A stretch of DNA of 64,000 nucleotides from Pseudomonadota bacterium (GCA_021810635.1 JAJZIH010000007.1:17563-81562), one strand, 5' to 3'; positions 26,689 through 39,333 are shown, counted from the first letter of the stretch. A program made the numbers and translations. The notes: generated by a model not told the origin, from the letters alone.

Positions 26689-29508
26689 TCAGACGAACTC
26701 ACGGGTTTCAGGGGTCCCGAACAGGTTTCCATGGCAGCGTTCGCAGAGTCCCGGGTGATCCTCGTGGAGCCCCACGTCCTCCCGCCAGTGCCAGCACCGT
26801 TCGCAACGCCTGCCCGGCGCTTTGTAGAGATGGATCGCGGCGTCGGGCAGCCCATCGACCGGCTGGGCATCTGCCGGGGCGGGGTTGGGTCGGCAGGTCA
26901 CCCGGGAGGTCAGGAACAAGAAGTGCAGTTCCGCCCGCATGGGGGCCAAGGCTTGGAGGAGCGCCGGGGCGAGGTGGAGATCGACTGCAGCCTCCAGGCT
27001 TTTCCCCATGCGCCCGCCACGCCGTTCCGCCTCGATCCGCCGGTTGATGACGTTCCGGATCAGAAGCAGCGATTCCCAGGGGGCCCCCGTTCCGTCTCCT
27101 TCAGGAACTGGAAGGTCCGGGAAGGTGGACAGCATGACCGACTCGGCCCGGGGCCCGGGCAGCTCCCGCCAGGCCTCTTCGGCGGTGAACGGGACGAGCG
27201 GGGCCAGCCAGTGAATCAGGCTCGTGGCCGTTGTGTAGAGCGCATTTTGCGCCGAACGGCGGGCCGGCGAATCGACGGGCGTGGTGTAGAGCCGGTCCTT
27301 CACGATATCGAGATAGAGGCTGCCCAGATCGACGGTGCAGAAGTTGAGGAGTTTCTGGTGGATGACGTGAAAGGTGTAGCGCCGGTACAGTTCGCGAATT
27401 TCGCCATCGAGGGAGGCGAGCCGGCCGAGCAGCCAGCGGTCGAAGGCCAGCCACCGCTCGGGCGGCCGGTTGTGCCGGACCGGGTCGAAATCACCCAGAT
27501 TGGCCAACAGGAAACGCAGGGTGTTGCGGAGTTTCCGGTAGATGTCCGCGGTCTGATCGAGGATCGCGTCGGAGACCGCGAGTTCGGACCGGTAGTCGTT
27601 GCTGGATACCCAAAGACGCAGCACGTCGGCGCCGAGCCGGTCGATCACCGGTTGGGGGGCGATGACGTTGCCCAGGGATTTCGACATCTTGCGTCCCTGT
27701 TCGTCGACCGTGAATCCGTGGGTTAGGACGGTTCGGTAGGGGGCCTGTCCCCCGAGCGCAACCGCCGTCAGCAGCGAAGACTGGAACCAGCCGCGGTGCT
27801 GGTCGGAACCTTCCAGGTAGAGGTCGGCCGGGCAGCCGAGTTCCGGACGCCGGGCCAGGACGGTCCGGTGGGTGAGCCCGGAGTCCAGCCAGACATCGAC
27901 AATGTCGCCCAAGCGGTGATAGCCCGGAGGGGGGGGTCTCTCTTCCGGTGCGCACAGGGTGGCTTCGACGCCCAGGGATTCGATCCGGTCGGCCAGCTCG
28001 ATGAGACGTTCCGGGGCTTCCGGGTGGAGGGCGCCCGACTGGTCGTGAACCCAGAGGGCCAAGGGAACGCCCCAGATCCGCTGGCGCGAGATACACCAGT
28101 CCGGGCGGTTGCGGATCATCTGGGCCATGCGTTCCCGGCCCCAGTCGGGAATCCATTGGACGGTTTCCACGGCCTTGAGGGCGTGATCCCGGAGCTTCGT
28201 CGTTCCGAGCGGGATGAACCACTGGGGGGTGGCCCTGAAGATGACCGGGGTCTTGTGCCGCCAGCAATGCGGGTAACTGTGTTCCCAGGAAGCCGCGTGG
28301 AGGAGGGTGCCGGTCCGGCGCAGTTCCGCGAGAACGGGTCCGTCCGCTTCCCGGATCGACAGGCCGGCGAAACGGTCGACTCCGCTGGCATAGCGGCCTT
28401 GGTCGTCCACCCGGCACTCGAGCGGCAGCCCGTAGCGCTGTCCGATCTCGTAGTCCTCGATTCCGTGTGCCGGAGCGGTATGGATGGCCCCCGTGCCGAC
28501 GTCATGCTCCACGTGGGTGCCCAAGACCACGGGAACCCGCCTTTCATCGATCGGATGCCGGAGCCGGATGCCGGCGAAAAGCCGCCCGGGATGCCGGGGT
28601 CCGCGGTCGAGGATCCGGAGACCATACCGTTCGATCGACGGGCTGGCCAGGGCATCGAGGAGAACCAGGACCTCCTCCCCGGCCTCCCCCTGAACCCGGA
28701 GGCAGGTGTAAAGGGCTTCGGGATCGAGACAGACCGCCTGGTTGAGGGGCAGGGTCCAGGGCGTGGTGGTCCAGATCGGGATCGACCAGGGGAGAGCCCG
28801 GACGGCGGGGTCGACCTCCAGGGATTCCAGAACAGGGTCGGCAAACCGGAAGCGGACGTCGATGGCCAGCGAGGTATGGGGCTCGTATTCCACCTCGGCC
28901 TCGGCCAGAGCGGATTCGCATTCGAGACACCAGAGGACCGGTTTGGTACCAGCCGTGAGCTGGCCGCTCGCAATCAGCTCGGCCAGTGCCCGGAGTTCAG
29001 TGGCCACGGCCGGGGCATCCATGGTCCGGTAGGGATGGGACCAGTCCCCCAGAACCCCGAGCCGCTCGAAGTCCCGGCGCTGCAGCTCGATCTGTTCTTC
29101 GGCGTAGCGTCGGCACTCGGCGCGGAAGCGGCCCGGATCCATGTCTCGCTCGGAGGTGCCGAGCTTTCGCTCCACCATGAGTTCGATCGGCAGCCCGTGG
29201 CAATCCCACCCGGGCACGTAGGGGGCATCGAAACCCAGCAGGGTGCGGGAGCGGACGACGAGATCCTTGAGGATCTTGTTCACGGCGTGGCCGATGTGGA
29301 TCACGCCGTTGGCATAGGGCGGACCGTCCGCCAGGATGAAACGGGGGCGTCCGGAGGAGGCCTTGCGGATCTGGCCGTAGAGTCCGGACTTCTGCCAGCC
29401 GGAGAGCCAACCGGGTTCCCGCTGCGGCAGGTCCGCTTTCATGGGAAAGCGGGTCTCCGGCAGGTTCAGGGTTTTGCGGTAGTCTCTCACGATTTCCCCT
29501 TCACGCAC
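26689..29508 (-). CDS. ileS: isoleucine--tRNA ligase
   Basis: 939 aa. [11 protein letters not shown] (HIGH) and KMSKSLGN (KMSKS) motifs, CP1 editing-length insert, and C-terminal Zn finger CERCW...CERC. Confidence 0.97.
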   Translation of the reverse strand: MREGEIVRDYRKTLNLPETRFPMKADLPQREPGWLSGWQKSGLYGQIRKASSGRPRFILADGPPYANGVIHIGHAVNKILKDLVVRSRTLLGFDAPYVPGWDCHGLPIELMVERKLGTSERDMDPGRFRAECRRYAEEQIELQRRDFERLGVLGDWSHPYRTMDAPAVATELRALAELIASGQLTAGTKPVLWCLECESALAEAEVEYEPHTSLAIDVRFRFADPVLESLEVDPAVRALPWSIPIWTTTPWTLPLNQAVCLDPEALYTCLRVQGEAGEEVLVLLDALASPSIERYGLRILDRGPRHPGRLFAGIRLRHPIDERRVPVVLGTHVEHDVGTGAIHTAPAHGIEDYEIGQRYGLPLECRVDDQGRYASGVDRFAGLSIREADGPVLAELRRTGTLLHAASWEHSYPHCWRHKTPVIFRATPQWFIPLGTTKLRDHALKAVETVQWIPDWGRERMAQMIRNRPDWCISRQRIWGVPLALWVHDQSGALHPEAPERLIELADRIESLGVEATLCAPEERPPPPGYHRLGDIVDVWLDSGLTHRTVLARRPELGCPADLYLEGSDQHRGWFQSSLLTAVALGGQAPYRTVLTHGFTVDEQGRKMSKSLGNVIAPQPVIDRLGADVLRLWVSSNDYRSELAVSDAILDQTADIYRKLRNTLRFLLANLGDFDPVRHNRPPERWLAFDRWLLGRLASLDGEIRELYRRYTFHVIHQKLLNFCTVDLGSLYLDIVKDRLYTTPVDSPARRSAQNALYTTATSLIHWLAPLVPFTAEEAWRELPGPRAESVMLSTFPDLPVPEGDGTGAPWESLLLIRNVINRRIEAERRGGRMGKSLEAAVDLHLAPALLQALAPMRAELHFLFLTSRVTCRPNPAPADAQPVDGLPDAAIHLYKAPGRRCERCWHWREDVGLHEDHPGLCERCHGNLFGTPETREFV

Positions 29509-30442
29509 TCCCTCGCCGGGTCAGGACCGCGCGAGCCTGTTCGGCATCGTGGTCAATGGCCTTCTGGAGGGCGTTCCAGCTTCCGAACCGTTGCTCCGGG
29601 CGCAGGAACGCGATGAATTCGACGGTCAGGCGTCGTCCGTAAAGATCGGCCGAGCAGTCGAAGAGGTGAACCTCGAGCAGCTCACCCGCGTCGTCGAGCC
29701 CGGGACGGACCCCGAGACTCGCCACGCCATTGTACGGGAGAGCCCCCGCCCCGTATACCCGGACGGCGTAGACGCCCCCCAACGGGCTCCGTCGCCGGCG
29801 GACGGCGAGATTCGCGGTCGGGTAACCGATGCGCCGGCCCCGCTGGCCGCCGTGCCGGACCCGTCCGGTCATGCGATAGGGATGGCCGAGGAGGACCGTG
29901 GCCTGATCGAGGTCGCCTGCGGCCAGTGCCATCCGGATCCGGGTACTGCTGATCCGCTCCTCGCCCGCCTGCTCGAGGTCGGCCGCGACGAGCTCGCGGC
30001 CGGCTGCCGAGAACGTCCGTTCCAGCCGCGCGAGATCGCCTTCCCGGCCGTGGCCGAAACGGAAGTTCCGCCCGATGACGAGTCCCTTGGTCTGCAGTCC
30101 GCGCAGGAGAATGCTTTCAATGAAGTCGTCGGCCCGGGTCCGGGCCAGGCGTTCGTCGAAACGCAGACAGACGATCCGGTCGATGCCGGCCGGACGGCTT
30201 TCCAGTACTTTTTCGCCGAAGGTCGTGAGACGGGCCGGGGGCTGCTTTGGATCCAGAAACTCGCGGGGGAGCGGTTCGAAGGTCAGCAGCGTGAGGGGCA
30301 ACCCACGAACGTTGGCGCATTCGCGTGCGGCCGCGATCAGCCGTTGGTGGCCCCGGTGCATCCCATCGAAGGACCCGGCCGTGACCACGGTCGGGCCCCG
30401 GTCCCGCACCGTCCGGTCGATGTCCAGCCCGTCCACGTTCAT
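29501..30442 (-). CDS. ribF: bifunctional riboflavin kinase / FMN adenylyltransferase
   Basis: 313 aa. [11 protein letters not shown] near the N-terminus and a C-terminal riboflavin kinase region ([14 protein letters not shown]). Overlaps ileS by 8 nt. Confidence 0.95.
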   Translation of the reverse strand: MNVDGLDIDRTVRDRGPTVVTAGSFDGMHRGHQRLIAAARECANVRGLPLTLLTFEPLPREFLDPKQPPARLTTFGEKVLESRPAGIDRIVCLRFDERLARTRADDFIESILLRGLQTKGLVIGRNFRFGHGREGDLARLERTFSAAGRELVAADLEQAGEERISSTRIRMALAAGDLDQATVLLGHPYRMTGRVRHGGQRGRRIGYPTANLAVRRRRSPLGGVYAVRVYGAGALPYNGVASLGVRPGLDDAGELLEVHLFDCSADLYGRRLTVEFIAFLRPEQRFGSWNALQKAIDHDAEQARAVLTRRGSA

Positions 30443-32100
30443 GCGGCGGTCCGGGACCCGTCACGGACCGTATCCAGCATCCGGAACAGGCTTCGGGGGC
30501 CCAGACCCAGGATCCACAGCGTGAGCACGTAGAGGGCGCCTCCGAGTCCGATCAGAAACGCCAGATGTCCGATCCGATCGAGCGCGGGCCAGGCCAGCCA
30601 GCGACCGAGGGACGACTCGAGCAGAAGCAGCGGGATTGCCATCACGGCGAGTGCGATGGCGACCCGGAGGATCAGGGTTTTCCATCCTCCCTCGGGATTC
30701 CAGTGCTGGTCCCGCCGGAGGGCCCGGCCGAGCAGTCCGGCATTGAGCAGGGCCGCGAGGGAGGTCGAGAGCGCGAGTCCCGCATGGGGCGCGGGCCATC
30801 CGGCGATCACCCAGGGGATGACGATGGCCGCGTTCAAAAGGAGATTCGCGATGATGGCCAGGACGGCGATCCGGACCGGGGTTTTCGTGTTTTTCCGCGA
30901 GTAAAAGCCGGGCGCCAGGACCTTGACCGCTGTGAAACCGAGCAATCCGAGGGCATACGCCATGAGACTGGCGGCCGACATCCGGGCATCGAAACCGGTG
31001 AAGGCCCCGTACCGGAACAGGGTCACGATGAGGGGTCCGGCCAGGATCCCCAGGCCCAGAGCGGCCGGGCAGGCCACGAGCAGGATGAGGCGCATCGACA
31101 CGTCGAGGAGCCGGGAAAATTCCTCGCGGGAACGGCGGGCATGGGCCCGCGTCAGGCTCGGCAGGATGACGGTGCCGAGCGCGATGGCGAAAACGCCGAG
31201 CGGGAACTCCATCAGCCGGTCCGAGTAGTAAAGCCAGCTCACGCTGCCCGGATTGAGGAAGGAGGCAATGGCGGTATCCACGAGGAGATTGATCTGCATC
31301 ACCGAGGCGCCGAAAAGCGCCGGCAGCATGAGATGGATGATCTGCTGGACCGATTCGTTGGACCAGGCCCAGCGGGGCCAGGACAGGAGGTGCAGGCGGC
31401 CGAGAAAGGGGAGCTGGAACAGAAACTGCAGCACGCCGGCGGCGAGGACCCCGATGCCGAGGGCATCGACCGGCACGGCGAACGCCTTGGAAAGCCAGAG
31501 GGTGGCGGCGATCAGCGACAGGTTGAGCAGGATGGGAGTGGCTGCGGGGACGGCAAAGTGGCTGTGGACGTTGAAGGCCCCGCCGGCGAGCGCCGTGAGC
31601 GCAATGAAGAAGAGGTATGGAAAAGTCAGCCGGAGGAGGTGCGTGGCCAGGCGGTGGGTGGCCGGGTCATGGCTGAAACCCGGTGCGAACAGGTCGATCA
31701 GGTAGGGGGCGAAGAGGATGCCCAGGAGGCTCAACCCCATGAGGACGAGACCGAGAGTGCCGCTGGCCTGGGCGATGAGCCGCCGGCTGGCATCCAGTCC
31801 GTGGTGGGTGTGAACCTCGCCCAGGACAGGCACGAAGGCCTGTGAAAAGGCCCCTTCGGCGAACATCCGGCGGAAGAAGTTGGGAATCTTGAAGGAGACG
31901 AAGAAGGCATCCATCACCGGTCCCGCGCCAAAGTAGCGGGCTAGGAGGATGTCGCGGACGAAGCCCAGGATGCGGGACAGCAAGGTGAAACCGCCGACCG
32001 TGGCAGTGGCCCGCAACAGGCGGGGGCTGTGGTGGCCCCCCGTGGCGGGAAGGGCAGGCTCATCCGCCTCGGGAGAGGGGGGGCTCAGGGTCGAGGGCAT
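30439..32100 (-). CDS. murJ: lipid II flippase MurJ
   Basis: Multi-TM protein with N-terminal GGFTLLSRILGFVRDILLARYFGAG and FVSFKIPNFFRR signatures. ATG 32100 is preferred. The ORF extends to 32178 with 26 poorly protein-like codons. Confidence 0.9.
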   Translation of the reverse strand: MPSTLSPPSPEADEPALPATGGHHSPRLLRATATVGGFTLLSRILGFVRDILLARYFGAGPVMDAFFVSFKIPNFFRRMFAEGAFSQAFVPVLGEVHTHHGLDASRRLIAQASGTLGLVLMGLSLLGILFAPYLIDLFAPGFSHDPATHRLATHLLRLTFPYLFFIALTALAGGAFNVHSHFAVPAATPILLNLSLIAATLWLSKAFAVPVDALGIGVLAAGVLQFLFQLPFLGRLHLLSWPRWAWSNESVQQIIHLMLPALFGASVMQINLLVDTAIASFLNPGSVSWLYYSDRLMEFPLGVFAIALGTVILPSLTRAHARRSREEFSRLLDVSMRLILLVACPAALGLGILAGPLIVTLFRYGAFTGFDARMSAASLMAYALGLLGFTAVKVLAPGFYSRKNTKTPVRIAVLAIIANLLLNAAIVIPWVIAGWPAPHAGLALSTSLAALLNAGLLGRALRRDQHWNPEGGWKTLILRVAIALAVMAIPLLLLESSLGRWLAWPALDRIGHLAFLIGLGGALYVLTLWILGLGPRSLFRMLDTVRDGSRTAA

Positions 32101-32425
32101 GGGCCATGAGTTTACCGGTCCCGACCTTGGGATGCCAGACAACGGCGGTCGGGCCGGTTGGGCTTCGGTCCTTGACAAAATCCCTGGAGGGGCGCTAACC
32201 TATGGCCTGATTCGCGCCGATTTGATCCTCAGCTTGCGGGCGCGTTATAAATACGGCTAAAGCGGGCGCCCCCGGGAACCTGCTTCAGCCGCCATGCGGA
32301 GCGGGTTTTTTCATGTCTGGAAGAGTGGTGGTGGCGAAGCGGTCCGGTTGGCTTGGGAGCGGCCTGAACGGAGTCGGGTGTGGCCACGGTCCCGGCGGTC
32401 GGGACCGCGGCGGCTGGGTGCGCGG

Positions 32426-33382
32426 ATGACCGGATCCGGCCGGGAGGGGACGCAGAAGGGGACAAAGCGGGGAGCGGCGGCTGCCCCACGGGTCTCTTTC
32501 GAGTTTTTCCCTCCCACAACCCCCCGGCTGGCCCGCCAGTTCTGGTTCGCCCTCGGCCGGCTGGCGCCACTGGCGCCGGACTTTGTCTCGATCACCTATG
32601 GTGCCGGCGGCCGGACGCGCCAACGGACGCACGAGATGGTGGTCGCGGTACGTCGCCGCACCGGCGTCGAGCCGGCTGCGCACCTCACGTGTGTCGGGGC
32701 CAGTCGCCGGGAAATCGAAGTCATCCTCGCGCGATACTGGCGGACGGGCATCCGTCATCTCGTCGCCCTGCGGGGGGACCCCCCGTCCGGTGGCGGCCCC
32801 TTCGTCCCCCATCCCGAAGGCTACAACGGGGCGGCAGATCTGGTGGCCGGGATCCGTGCTTTCGCGGACTTCGAAATCAGCGTCGCCGCCCATCCCGAGG
32901 GCCATCCGGATTCCTCCTCCATCCAGGCGGACCTCGACCATCTCAAGCGCAAGGAGGCAGTCGGAGCGAGCCGGGCCATCACCCAGTATTTTTTCGATCC
33001 CGAGGTTTTTCTCCGGTTCCGGGACCAGGTGATCCGCGCCGGGATCCGCATGCCGCTCGTGCCCGGGATCCTGCCGGTTACCGATTTTGCCCAGCTGCAG
33101 CGGATCAGCGCCCGCTGCGGGGCACGGGTTCCGCCCCGGCTGGAACGGCTCTTTTCCGGGCTCGACCAGGAACCCGAGACCAGCAAGCTGGTGGCCACCC
33201 AGGTGACCGCCGATCTTTGTCAGACCCTCTTCCGCGAGGGAGTCGGGGCCTTTCACTTCTACACCCTGAACCGGGCCGAGCAGACCCGTGCGGTCTGCCG
33301 GTTCCTCGGCGTGAGCGAGAGGGAACCGCGACCCGAGGCGTTGCGGACAACCACCCTCCGGGCAACCGCCCTCCGCGACTGA
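32426..33382 (+). CDS. metF: 5,10-methylenetetrahydrofolate reductase
   Basis: [27 protein letters not shown] and FHFYTLN motifs. ATG 32426 was chosen because upstream codons are Arg/Gly-rich. Confidence 0.9.
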   Translation: MTGSGREGTQKGTKRGAAAAPRVSFEFFPPTTPRLARQFWFALGRLAPLAPDFVSITYGAGGRTRQRTHEMVVAVRRRTGVEPAAHLTCVGASRREIEVILARYWRTGIRHLVALRGDPPSGGGPFVPHPEGYNGAADLVAGIRAFADFEISVAAHPEGHPDSSSIQADLDHLKRKEAVGASRAITQYFFDPEVFLRFRDQVIRAGIRMPLVPGILPVTDFAQLQRISARCGARVPPRLERLFSGLDQEPETSKLVATQVTADLCQTLFREGVGAFHFYTLNRAEQTRAVCRFLGVSEREPRPEALRTTTLRATALRD

Positions 33383-33386
33383 CCGG

Positions 33387-36300
33387 ATGAAGGTTTGCGA
33401 GTTCAAGGCACTGACCCGGGAACGGATCCTGGTGCTCGACGGGGCCATGGGAACCGAAATCCAGCGTCTCGGGCTTTCGGAGGCCGACTTCCGGGGGGAG
33501 CGCCTCGCCGCCCATCCACGGGATCTCAAGGGCAACAATGACCTGCTCAACCTGACGTGTCCGGAACACATCCTTCGGATTCACGAATCCTATCTCGAGG
33601 CGGGTGCTGACCTGGTTGAGACCAATACCTTCAATGCGACCGCCATCGCCCAGGCGGATTATGGAACCACGGACCTGGTCTATGAACTGAACCGGGAGGG
33701 GGCCCGCCTGGCCCGGGCGGCCGCGGCCGCCTGGAGCGCGCGAACGCCGGAGCGACCCCGTTATGCGGTGGGCATTCTGGGTCCGACCAACCGCATGGCC
33801 TCGATGTCCGCCGAGGTGGGCGATCCCGGAGCCCGCTCCGTCGATTTCGACGGACTCGCCCGGGCGTACGAGGAAGCCGCCCGGGGTCTCGTCGACGGCG
33901 GGGCCGACTGCCTCATGGTCGAGACGATTTTCGACACCCTGAACGCGAAGGCCGCGCTGTTTGCCCTGGAAGGCCTGTTCGAATCGATCGGCCGCGCCCT
34001 CCCGGTCATGATCTCGGCCACGATCACCGACCGTTCCGGCCGGATGCTGTCCGGACAGACGCTCGAGGCCTTCTGGTATTCGGTGCGCCACGCACTCCCG
34101 GCCAGTATCGGGCTCAACTGCGCGCTGGGCCCTCGTGAACTCCGGGCCTCGGTCGCTGAACTGGCGCGGCTGGCCGACTGTCCGGTCAGTGCCCATCCCA
34201 ATGCGGGACTTCCCAACGCGCTGGGCCAGTACGAGGAATCGCCCGAGGAGATGGCCCGGGAAATCGGCGACTGGGCCCGCCAAGGGTGGCTCAATATCGT
34301 GGGGGGGTGCTGCGGGACGACTCCCGCCCATATCCACGCGATCGCCCGCGCCGTCCGGGATCTCACCCCGCGCGCCCCGCCGCCGCCCGACCCGGCCTTG
34401 GGCCTGGCCGGGCTCGAGCCGCTTAGGATCGGGCCGGACCACCTGTTCATCAATATTGGCGAAAGAACCAATCTCACCGGCTCGGCCCGGTTCAAGAAAC
34501 TGGTCCTCGCGGATGACTTCGAGGGCGCGCTCGCCGTGGCCCGCGACCAGGTCGAACAGGGTGCGCAGATTCTCGACATCAATATGGACGAGGGGCTACT
34601 GGACGGCCCCCGGGCCATGACGAAGTTCCTGCGCCTGCTGACGGCCGAACCGGACATTGCCCGCGTTCCGGTCATGATCGATTCCTCGGACTGGCCCACG
34701 CTCCTGGCCGGGCTCCAAAACGTCCAGGGCCGCCCGGTGATCAACTCGATCAGCCTGAAGGACGGCGAGGCGGTCTTTCTGGAGCGGGCCCGGCTGATCC
34801 GCCGCTTCGGGGCGGCCCTCGTCGTCATGGCGTTTGACGAAGCCGGACAGGCGGATACGCCCGAGCGGCGGGTTGCCGTGTGTGAAAGGGCCTGCCGCCT
34901 GCTCCGGGAACAGGCGGGATTCGATCCGCACGACATCATCCTGGATCCCAATATCTTTGCCATCGGAACCGGGATCGAGGCCCACGACCGGTATGCGCTC
35001 GATTTTTTCGAAGCCACCCGCGCGCTCAAGGCCCGCCTGCCGGAATCGCTGATCTCGGGCGGGGTGAGCAACGTCTCCTTTGCATTCCGCGGCAACCGGC
35101 AAGTCCGGGAGGCCATTCACGCGGTGTTTCTCTATTACGCGATCCAGGCGGGTCTCGACATGGGCATCGTCAATGCCGGGGCCCTCCCGGTGTACGAGGA
35201 GATCGCCCCCGAACTCCGGGAACAAATCGAGGACCTGGTTCTCTTCCGCCGCGCCGATGCCGCCGAACGTCTCGTGGCCTGGGTGGGGCAGGCGGAGAGC
35301 CCACGGGCCGGCGGGGAGAGTGCTTCGGCATGGCGGAACTGGCCGGCCGGAGAGCGTCTGCGTCATGCCCTGGTGCAGGGCATCGCCACGCACATCGAGG
35401 AAGATACGGAACTCGCGCGCCAGTCCGTGGGGCGGGCGATCGAGGTGATCGAAGGGCCGCTCATGGAAGGCATGAACGTCGTCGGCGAACTGTTTGGCAG
35501 CGGACGCATGTTCCTGCCCCAGGTGGTCAAGTCCGCGCGGGTCATGAAAAAGGCGGTGGCCTATCTCATCCCCTACATCGAGGCGGAAAAAACAGCTGGG
35601 AGGAAAAGCCGCGGCCGCATCCTGCTGGCCACGGTCAAGGGGGATGTCCACGATATCGGCAAGAACATCGTGGGCGTTGTCCTGGCCTGTAACAACTACG
35701 AGGTGATCGATCTCGGCGTGATGACGCCGGCTGACCGGATCATCGAGACGGCCCGGGCCGAGGCGGTCGATATCGTTGGACTGTCCGGACTCATTACGCC
35801 TTCGCTGGAGGAGATGGGTCGTGTCGCCGACGAGATGCAGCGGGCGGGACTCGGAGTGCCCCTCTTGATCGGCGGGGCGACGACCTCGCGGACGCATACG
35901 GCGTTGCGGATCGCCCCGCGCTATGCGGCCCCCGTGGTACACGTCAAGGATGCTTCCCGGGCCGTTGCGGTCACCTCCCGGCTTCTGGGAGAGGACGCGC
36001 CGGCGTTCATCGAGGAGGTGCGGCAGGACTACCGGCGGGTGCGCACGGATCACGAAGCGTCCGCACGAAAGGACTCCTGGCTCACGCTCGAGGCCGCACG
36101 GAGGAACCGCATGGCCATCGACTGGTCCGGCTATGACCCGCCCCGGCCGAAAGAGCCCGCCTCCCGGGTGATTGCCCCCTATCCGCTGGCGGAACTCGTC
36201 CCCTACATCGACTGGACCCCCTTTTTCCACGTCTGGCAGCTCAAGGCCCGCTATCCCCGGATCCTGGACGATCCGGAACGGGGGGAGGTCGCGCGCCGGC

Positions 36301-37121
36301 TTTTCAAAGACGCCCAGGAGATGCTCGGAAAAATCGTCGGGGAGGGCTGGCTTGAGGCGCAAGCCGTTTTCGGGCTCTATCCGGCCGTCCGGACCGGTGA
36401 TGACGATGTGCGGCTGATCGATTTCGGGACGGGAGACGGCGCGGTCGATTTCCACTTTCTGCGTCAGCAGGACGAGAAGCCGCCCGGCCGGCCGAATACC
36501 TGTCTGGCTGATTTTGTGGCACCGGAGGTGGGTGGCCGGACGGACTGGATCGGTCTTTTCGCGGTCACTGCGGGTGTCGGCCTCGAGCGGTCGCTCGAAC
36601 GGTTTACGGCGGAACTGGACGACTATAGTGCCATCCTGCTCAAGGCCTTGGCCGACCGTCTGGCCGAAGCCTTGGCCGAACGGCTGCATGAGAGGATCCG
36701 GCGCGAGTTCTGGGGCTACGCGGGCGACGAGTCGCTCGCCCCGACGTGCTTGATCGATGAGGCGTATCAGGGGATTCGGCCGGCCCCAGGCTACCCTGCC
36801 TGTCCGGACCATACCGAGAAGGCAACCCTGTTCAGAGTCCTCCATGTCGAGGAACGGACGGGTATCCGCCTGACGGAGAACTATGCCATGTGGCCGGCCG
36901 CTACGGTCTGCGGCTTTTACTTCTCCCACCCCCGTGCCCGTTACTTCGCCGTAGGCCGGATCATGGGGGACCAAGTCGAGGATTATGCACGGCGCAAGGA
37001 ATGGAGTCTCGGCGAGGCGGAACGGTGGCTGGCGTCGTCCCTGGCCGATGCGGCCCGGCATCCGATCCAAACGCCGGAGCCGGTTCCGGGAGTTGCAAAA
37101 AAGGTCCGTTCTGCGTCATAA
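33387..37121 (+). CDS. metH: cobalamin-dependent methionine synthase
   Basis: 1244 aa. Homocysteine-binding, pterin-binding, B12-binding ([11 protein letters not shown], i.e. DxHxxG) and AdoMet-activation domains in canonical order. Confidence 0.97.
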   Translation: MKVCEFKALTRERILVLDGAMGTEIQRLGLSEADFRGERLAAHPRDLKGNNDLLNLTCPEHILRIHESYLEAGADLVETNTFNATAIAQADYGTTDLVYELNREGARLARAAAAAWSARTPERPRYAVGILGPTNRMASMSAEVGDPGARSVDFDGLARAYEEAARGLVDGGADCLMVETIFDTLNAKAALFALEGLFESIGRALPVMISATITDRSGRMLSGQTLEAFWYSVRHALPASIGLNCALGPRELRASVAELARLADCPVSAHPNAGLPNALGQYEESPEEMAREIGDWARQGWLNIVGGCCGTTPAHIHAIARAVRDLTPRAPPPPDPALGLAGLEPLRIGPDHLFINIGERTNLTGSARFKKLVLADDFEGALAVARDQVEQGAQILDINMDEGLLDGPRAMTKFLRLLTAEPDIARVPVMIDSSDWPTLLAGLQNVQGRPVINSISLKDGEAVFLERARLIRRFGAALVVMAFDEAGQADTPERRVAVCERACRLLREQAGFDPHDIILDPNIFAIGTGIEAHDRYALDFFEATRALKARLPESLISGGVSNVSFAFRGNRQVREAIHAVFLYYAIQAGLDMGIVNAGALPVYEEIAPELREQIEDLVLFRRADAAERLVAWVGQAESPRAGGESASAWRNWPAGERLRHALVQGIATHIEEDTELARQSVGRAIEVIEGPLMEGMNVVGELFGSGRMFLPQVVKSARVMKKAVAYLIPYIEAEKTAGRKSRGRILLATVKGDVHDIGKNIVGVVLACNNYEVIDLGVMTPADRIIETARAEAVDIVGLSGLITPSLEEMGRVADEMQRAGLGVPLLIGGATTSRTHTALRIAPRYAAPVVHVKDASRAVAVTSRLLGEDAPAFIEEVRQDYRRVRTDHEASARKDSWLTLEAARRNRMAIDWSGYDPPRPKEPASRVIAPYPLAELVPYIDWTPFFHVWQLKARYPRILDDPERGEVARRLFKDAQEMLGKIVGEGWLEAQAVFGLYPAVRTGDDDVRLIDFGTGDGAVDFHFLRQQDEKPPGRPNTCLADFVAPEVGGRTDWIGLFAVTAGVGLERSLERFTAELDDYSAILLKALADRLAEALAERLHERIRREFWGYAGDESLAPTCLIDEAYQGIRPAPGYPACPDHTEKATLFRVLHVEERTGIRLTENYAMWPAATVCGFYFSHPRARYFAVGRIMGDQVEDYARRKEWSLGEAERWLASSLADAARHPIQTPEPVPGVAKKVRSAS

Positions 37122-37163
37122 TAAATAAGAATAGACCGCCTCTTTGCTGCGAGGGAGACTCGA

Positions 37164-37451
37164 TTGGCCAATACCCGCCAAGCCAAGAAACGTGTGCGCC
37201 AATCCGAACGGCGGCACCTGGCCAATATGGCTCTCCGTTCCACCATCCGTACGGGAATCCGCCGGGTGCGCGAAGCGGTGGCCAAGGGAACCGTCGAGGA
37301 GGCCCAACAGGCCTACCGGGGGGCATCCTCCCTCCTCGACCGGGCGGTCCGAAAGGGGGTCGTCCACCGCAATCACGCGGCGCGGCTCAAATCCCGACTC
37401 AACCGCAACCTCAAAAAGATCGTTCTCGGTCAGGCCAGACAGGCGAGTTGA
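37164..37451 (+). CDS. rpsT: 30S ribosomal protein S20
   Basis: MANTRQAKKRVRQSERR...HRNHAARLKSRL. TTG start preceded by GAGGGAGA. Confidence 0.95.
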   Translation: MANTRQAKKRVRQSERRHLANMALRSTIRTGIRRVREAVAKGTVEEAQQAYRGASSLLDRAVRKGVVHRNHAARLKSRLNRNLKKIVLGQARQAS

Positions 37452-37461
37452 CCCTCCCTCG

Positions 37462-37481
37462 CCGGTGACTCACCGGTTGTT
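37462..37481. terminator. hairpin CCGGTGA-C-TCACCGG followed by TTGTT between convergent rpsT and obgE
   Basis: A near-perfect 6-7 bp palindrome at 37462-37476 lies 11 nt after the rpsT stop and overlaps the last codons of obgE. The T-tract is short. Confidence 0.35.
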
Positions 37482-38552
37482 CGGGGTCGTAGCGGGCCCG
37501 GAGGGGGCTTCCGATCGTCCCTCCAGTTGGCCTTCGGACGGTCCGCTGCCGGAAAAAAACCCGGCCGTCTGGGCAACCAGTTCTCCGAGTCCCCCTCCGT
37601 CGAGCGCCGAGACCAGAAACAGAGGCCGGGGCGCACGCGGATCAATTGTCGACAGACGGTCGCGGCGGCGGGTTGCCTCCGCTGGGGAGAGCAGGTCCGT
37701 CTTGTTCAGCAGCAGCCAGATGGGGCGGGTCGCCAGGGAGGGATCGTAGCGGGTGAGTTCCGCCTCGATCTCCTGGATTCGTCCGACCAGTTCGTCGGGC
37801 TCGCCAAGGCTCAGGTCCACGACGTGGAACAGTAGGCGGGTGCGGGCCAGATGCTTGAGAAACCGGATGCCGAGGCCGCGCCCTTGGGCGGCACCGGCAA
37901 TGAGCCCTGGGATGTCGGCCACGAAGAACCCCGTTTCCCCATCCCCGCGGACCCAGCCCAGTTGCGGGATCAGGGTGGTGAACGGGTAGTCCGCAACCTT
38001 GGGACGGGCCTCCGACAACGCTCGGAGCAGTGAGGATTTCCCGGCGTTGGGCAGGCCCAGAAGCCCCACGTCCGCGAGCAGACGCAGTTCGAGGTGGAGC
38101 CCCCGTTCCTCGCCCACTTCCCCGGGCGTGGATCGGCGTGGCGCCTGCCGGGTCGACGACTTGAAGTGGGTGTTGCCGAGGCCACCGCGTCCTCCCCGGG
38201 CGACCCGCAGGCGCTCGCCGTCCCGGGTGATTTCCCCTAGGCACTCGCCGCTCGCCTCATCGAAAACCAGGGTTCCCAGAGGGATGGGGATGGTGAGATC
38301 CTCGCCGCTGGCACCGGTGCGGTGACTTCCGGATCCGGGGCGCCCCCCCCGGGCCCGCCAGACCCGGTGAAAACGGAAATCGACAAGCGTGTTGAGCCCC
38401 TGCAGCCCCACGAGGTCGATCGAGCCGCCGGCCCCGCCATTTCCGCCATCGGGTCCGCCCCGGGGGACAAACTTTTCCCGGCGAAAGCTGACGCACCCGG
38501 CCCCGCCAGACCCGGCGATGACGCGGATCGAGGCCTCATCAACGAACTTCAC
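37470..38552 (-). CDS. obgE: GTPase ObgE/CgtA
   Basis: MKFVDEASIRV...GGAGCVSFRREKF Obg fold, then GTPase motifs GLPNAGKSSLL, DIPGLI and NKTD. Confidence 0.95.
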   Translation of the reverse strand: MKFVDEASIRVIAGSGGAGCVSFRREKFVPRGGPDGGNGGAGGSIDLVGLQGLNTLVDFRFHRVWRARGGRPGSGSHRTGASGEDLTIPIPLGTLVFDEASGECLGEITRDGERLRVARGGRGGLGNTHFKSSTRQAPRRSTPGEVGEERGLHLELRLLADVGLLGLPNAGKSSLLRALSEARPKVADYPFTTLIPQLGWVRGDGETGFFVADIPGLIAGAAQGRGLGIRFLKHLARTRLLFHVVDLSLGEPDELVGRIQEIEAELTRYDPSLATRPIWLLLNKTDLLSPAEATRRRDRLSTIDPRAPRPLFLVSALDGGGLGELVAQTAGFFSGSGPSEGQLEGRSEAPSGPATTPNNR

Positions 38553-38632
38553 GGAAGCACTCCGGAACGACGGCCACCGGGATCAGTGGGGTCGGTTTTT
38601 CGAAGAGGGAATGCGGTGGGGGCGGGATGCGC

Positions 38633-38899
38633 CTAGCTACCGCTCACGGGTTGGATGTGGACGATGGTTTTCCCGATCCGGGGTTTTTTCCGGAAGTCGA
38701 CCTGCCCGCTGGCGAGGGCGAACAGGGTATGGTCCCGGCCGACGCCGACGTTGACTCCCGGCAGGATCCGGGTTCCCCGCTGGCGTACGATGATGGCACC
38801 GGCGGTCACCTGCTCACCGCCGAAATGTTTGATGCCCAGCCGCTTGGATTGGGAATCGCGTCCGTTCCGGCTGGACCCACCCGCTTTTTTGTGCGCCAT
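38633..38899 (-). CDS. rpmA: 50S ribosomal protein L27
   Basis: [24 protein letters not shown]... is the canonical L27 sequence. Confidence 0.97.
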   Translation of the reverse strand: MAHKKAGGSSRNGRDSQSKRLGIKHFGGEQVTAGAIIVRQRGTRILPGVNVGVGRDHTLFALASGQVDFRKKPRIGKTIVHIQPVSGS

Positions 38900-38911
38900 A
38901 CGATGGACTCC

Positions 38912-39229
38912 TCAGGGGATTTCAATGCTTGAAATTTCGACTTCCGAAAAGGGCTGGCGGTGGCCGGCCTTGCGGCGGGAGTTTTTCCGCCGCCTCAGTT
39001 TGACGGTGACCACCTTGGGGGCATGGCCCTGAGCCCGGATGGTTCCGCAGACCCGGCTCCCCACGAGGTACGGATGACCGGTCTTGACCGTGCCGTCATC
39101 GGCACCCACCAGGAGCACGTTCGTGAAGTCGACGCTGGAACCTACTTCGCCGTCCAGGGACTCCACCTTTAGGAGTTGTCCCGGTTTGACCTTATACTGT
39201 TTGCCACCAGTGGCCACGACTGCGAACAT
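38912..39229 (-). CDS. rplU: 50S ribosomal protein L21
   Basis: [18 protein letters not shown]... from ATG 39229. The rplU-rpmA-obgE order is conserved. Confidence 0.95.
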   Translation of the reverse strand: MFAVVATGGKQYKVKPGQLLKVESLDGEVGSSVDFTNVLLVGADDGTVKTGHPYLVGSRVCGTIRAQGHAPKVVTVKLRRRKNSRRKAGHRQPFSEVEISSIEIP

Positions 39230-39333
39230 GGCGTGTTTCCTAATCCGAAAATCTGCCTTGGAAGGCGGCAATTTTATCGCGGAAAAGGGCCCTGGGTCAA
39301 TAGGCCGAGTGATCCGCATCCCCTGAGGTCATC

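Noticed and set aside
27796-29616. 606-aa plus-strand ORF opposite ileS, and similarly 34596-37070 (824 aa) and 33105-34442 opposite metH/metF
   Set aside because: They are antisense to genes with complete signature motifs. These are GC-driven open frames only.
32179-32425. SAH, SAM or cobalamin riboswitch upstream of metF-metH
   Set aside because: GGAGGGGCGCU superficially resembles the SAH-riboswitch GAGGAGCGCU, but the remaining conserved blocks (CAGGCUCGG, AACGGCGCUCAC) and a B12 box are absent. It is kept only as an unexplained leader.
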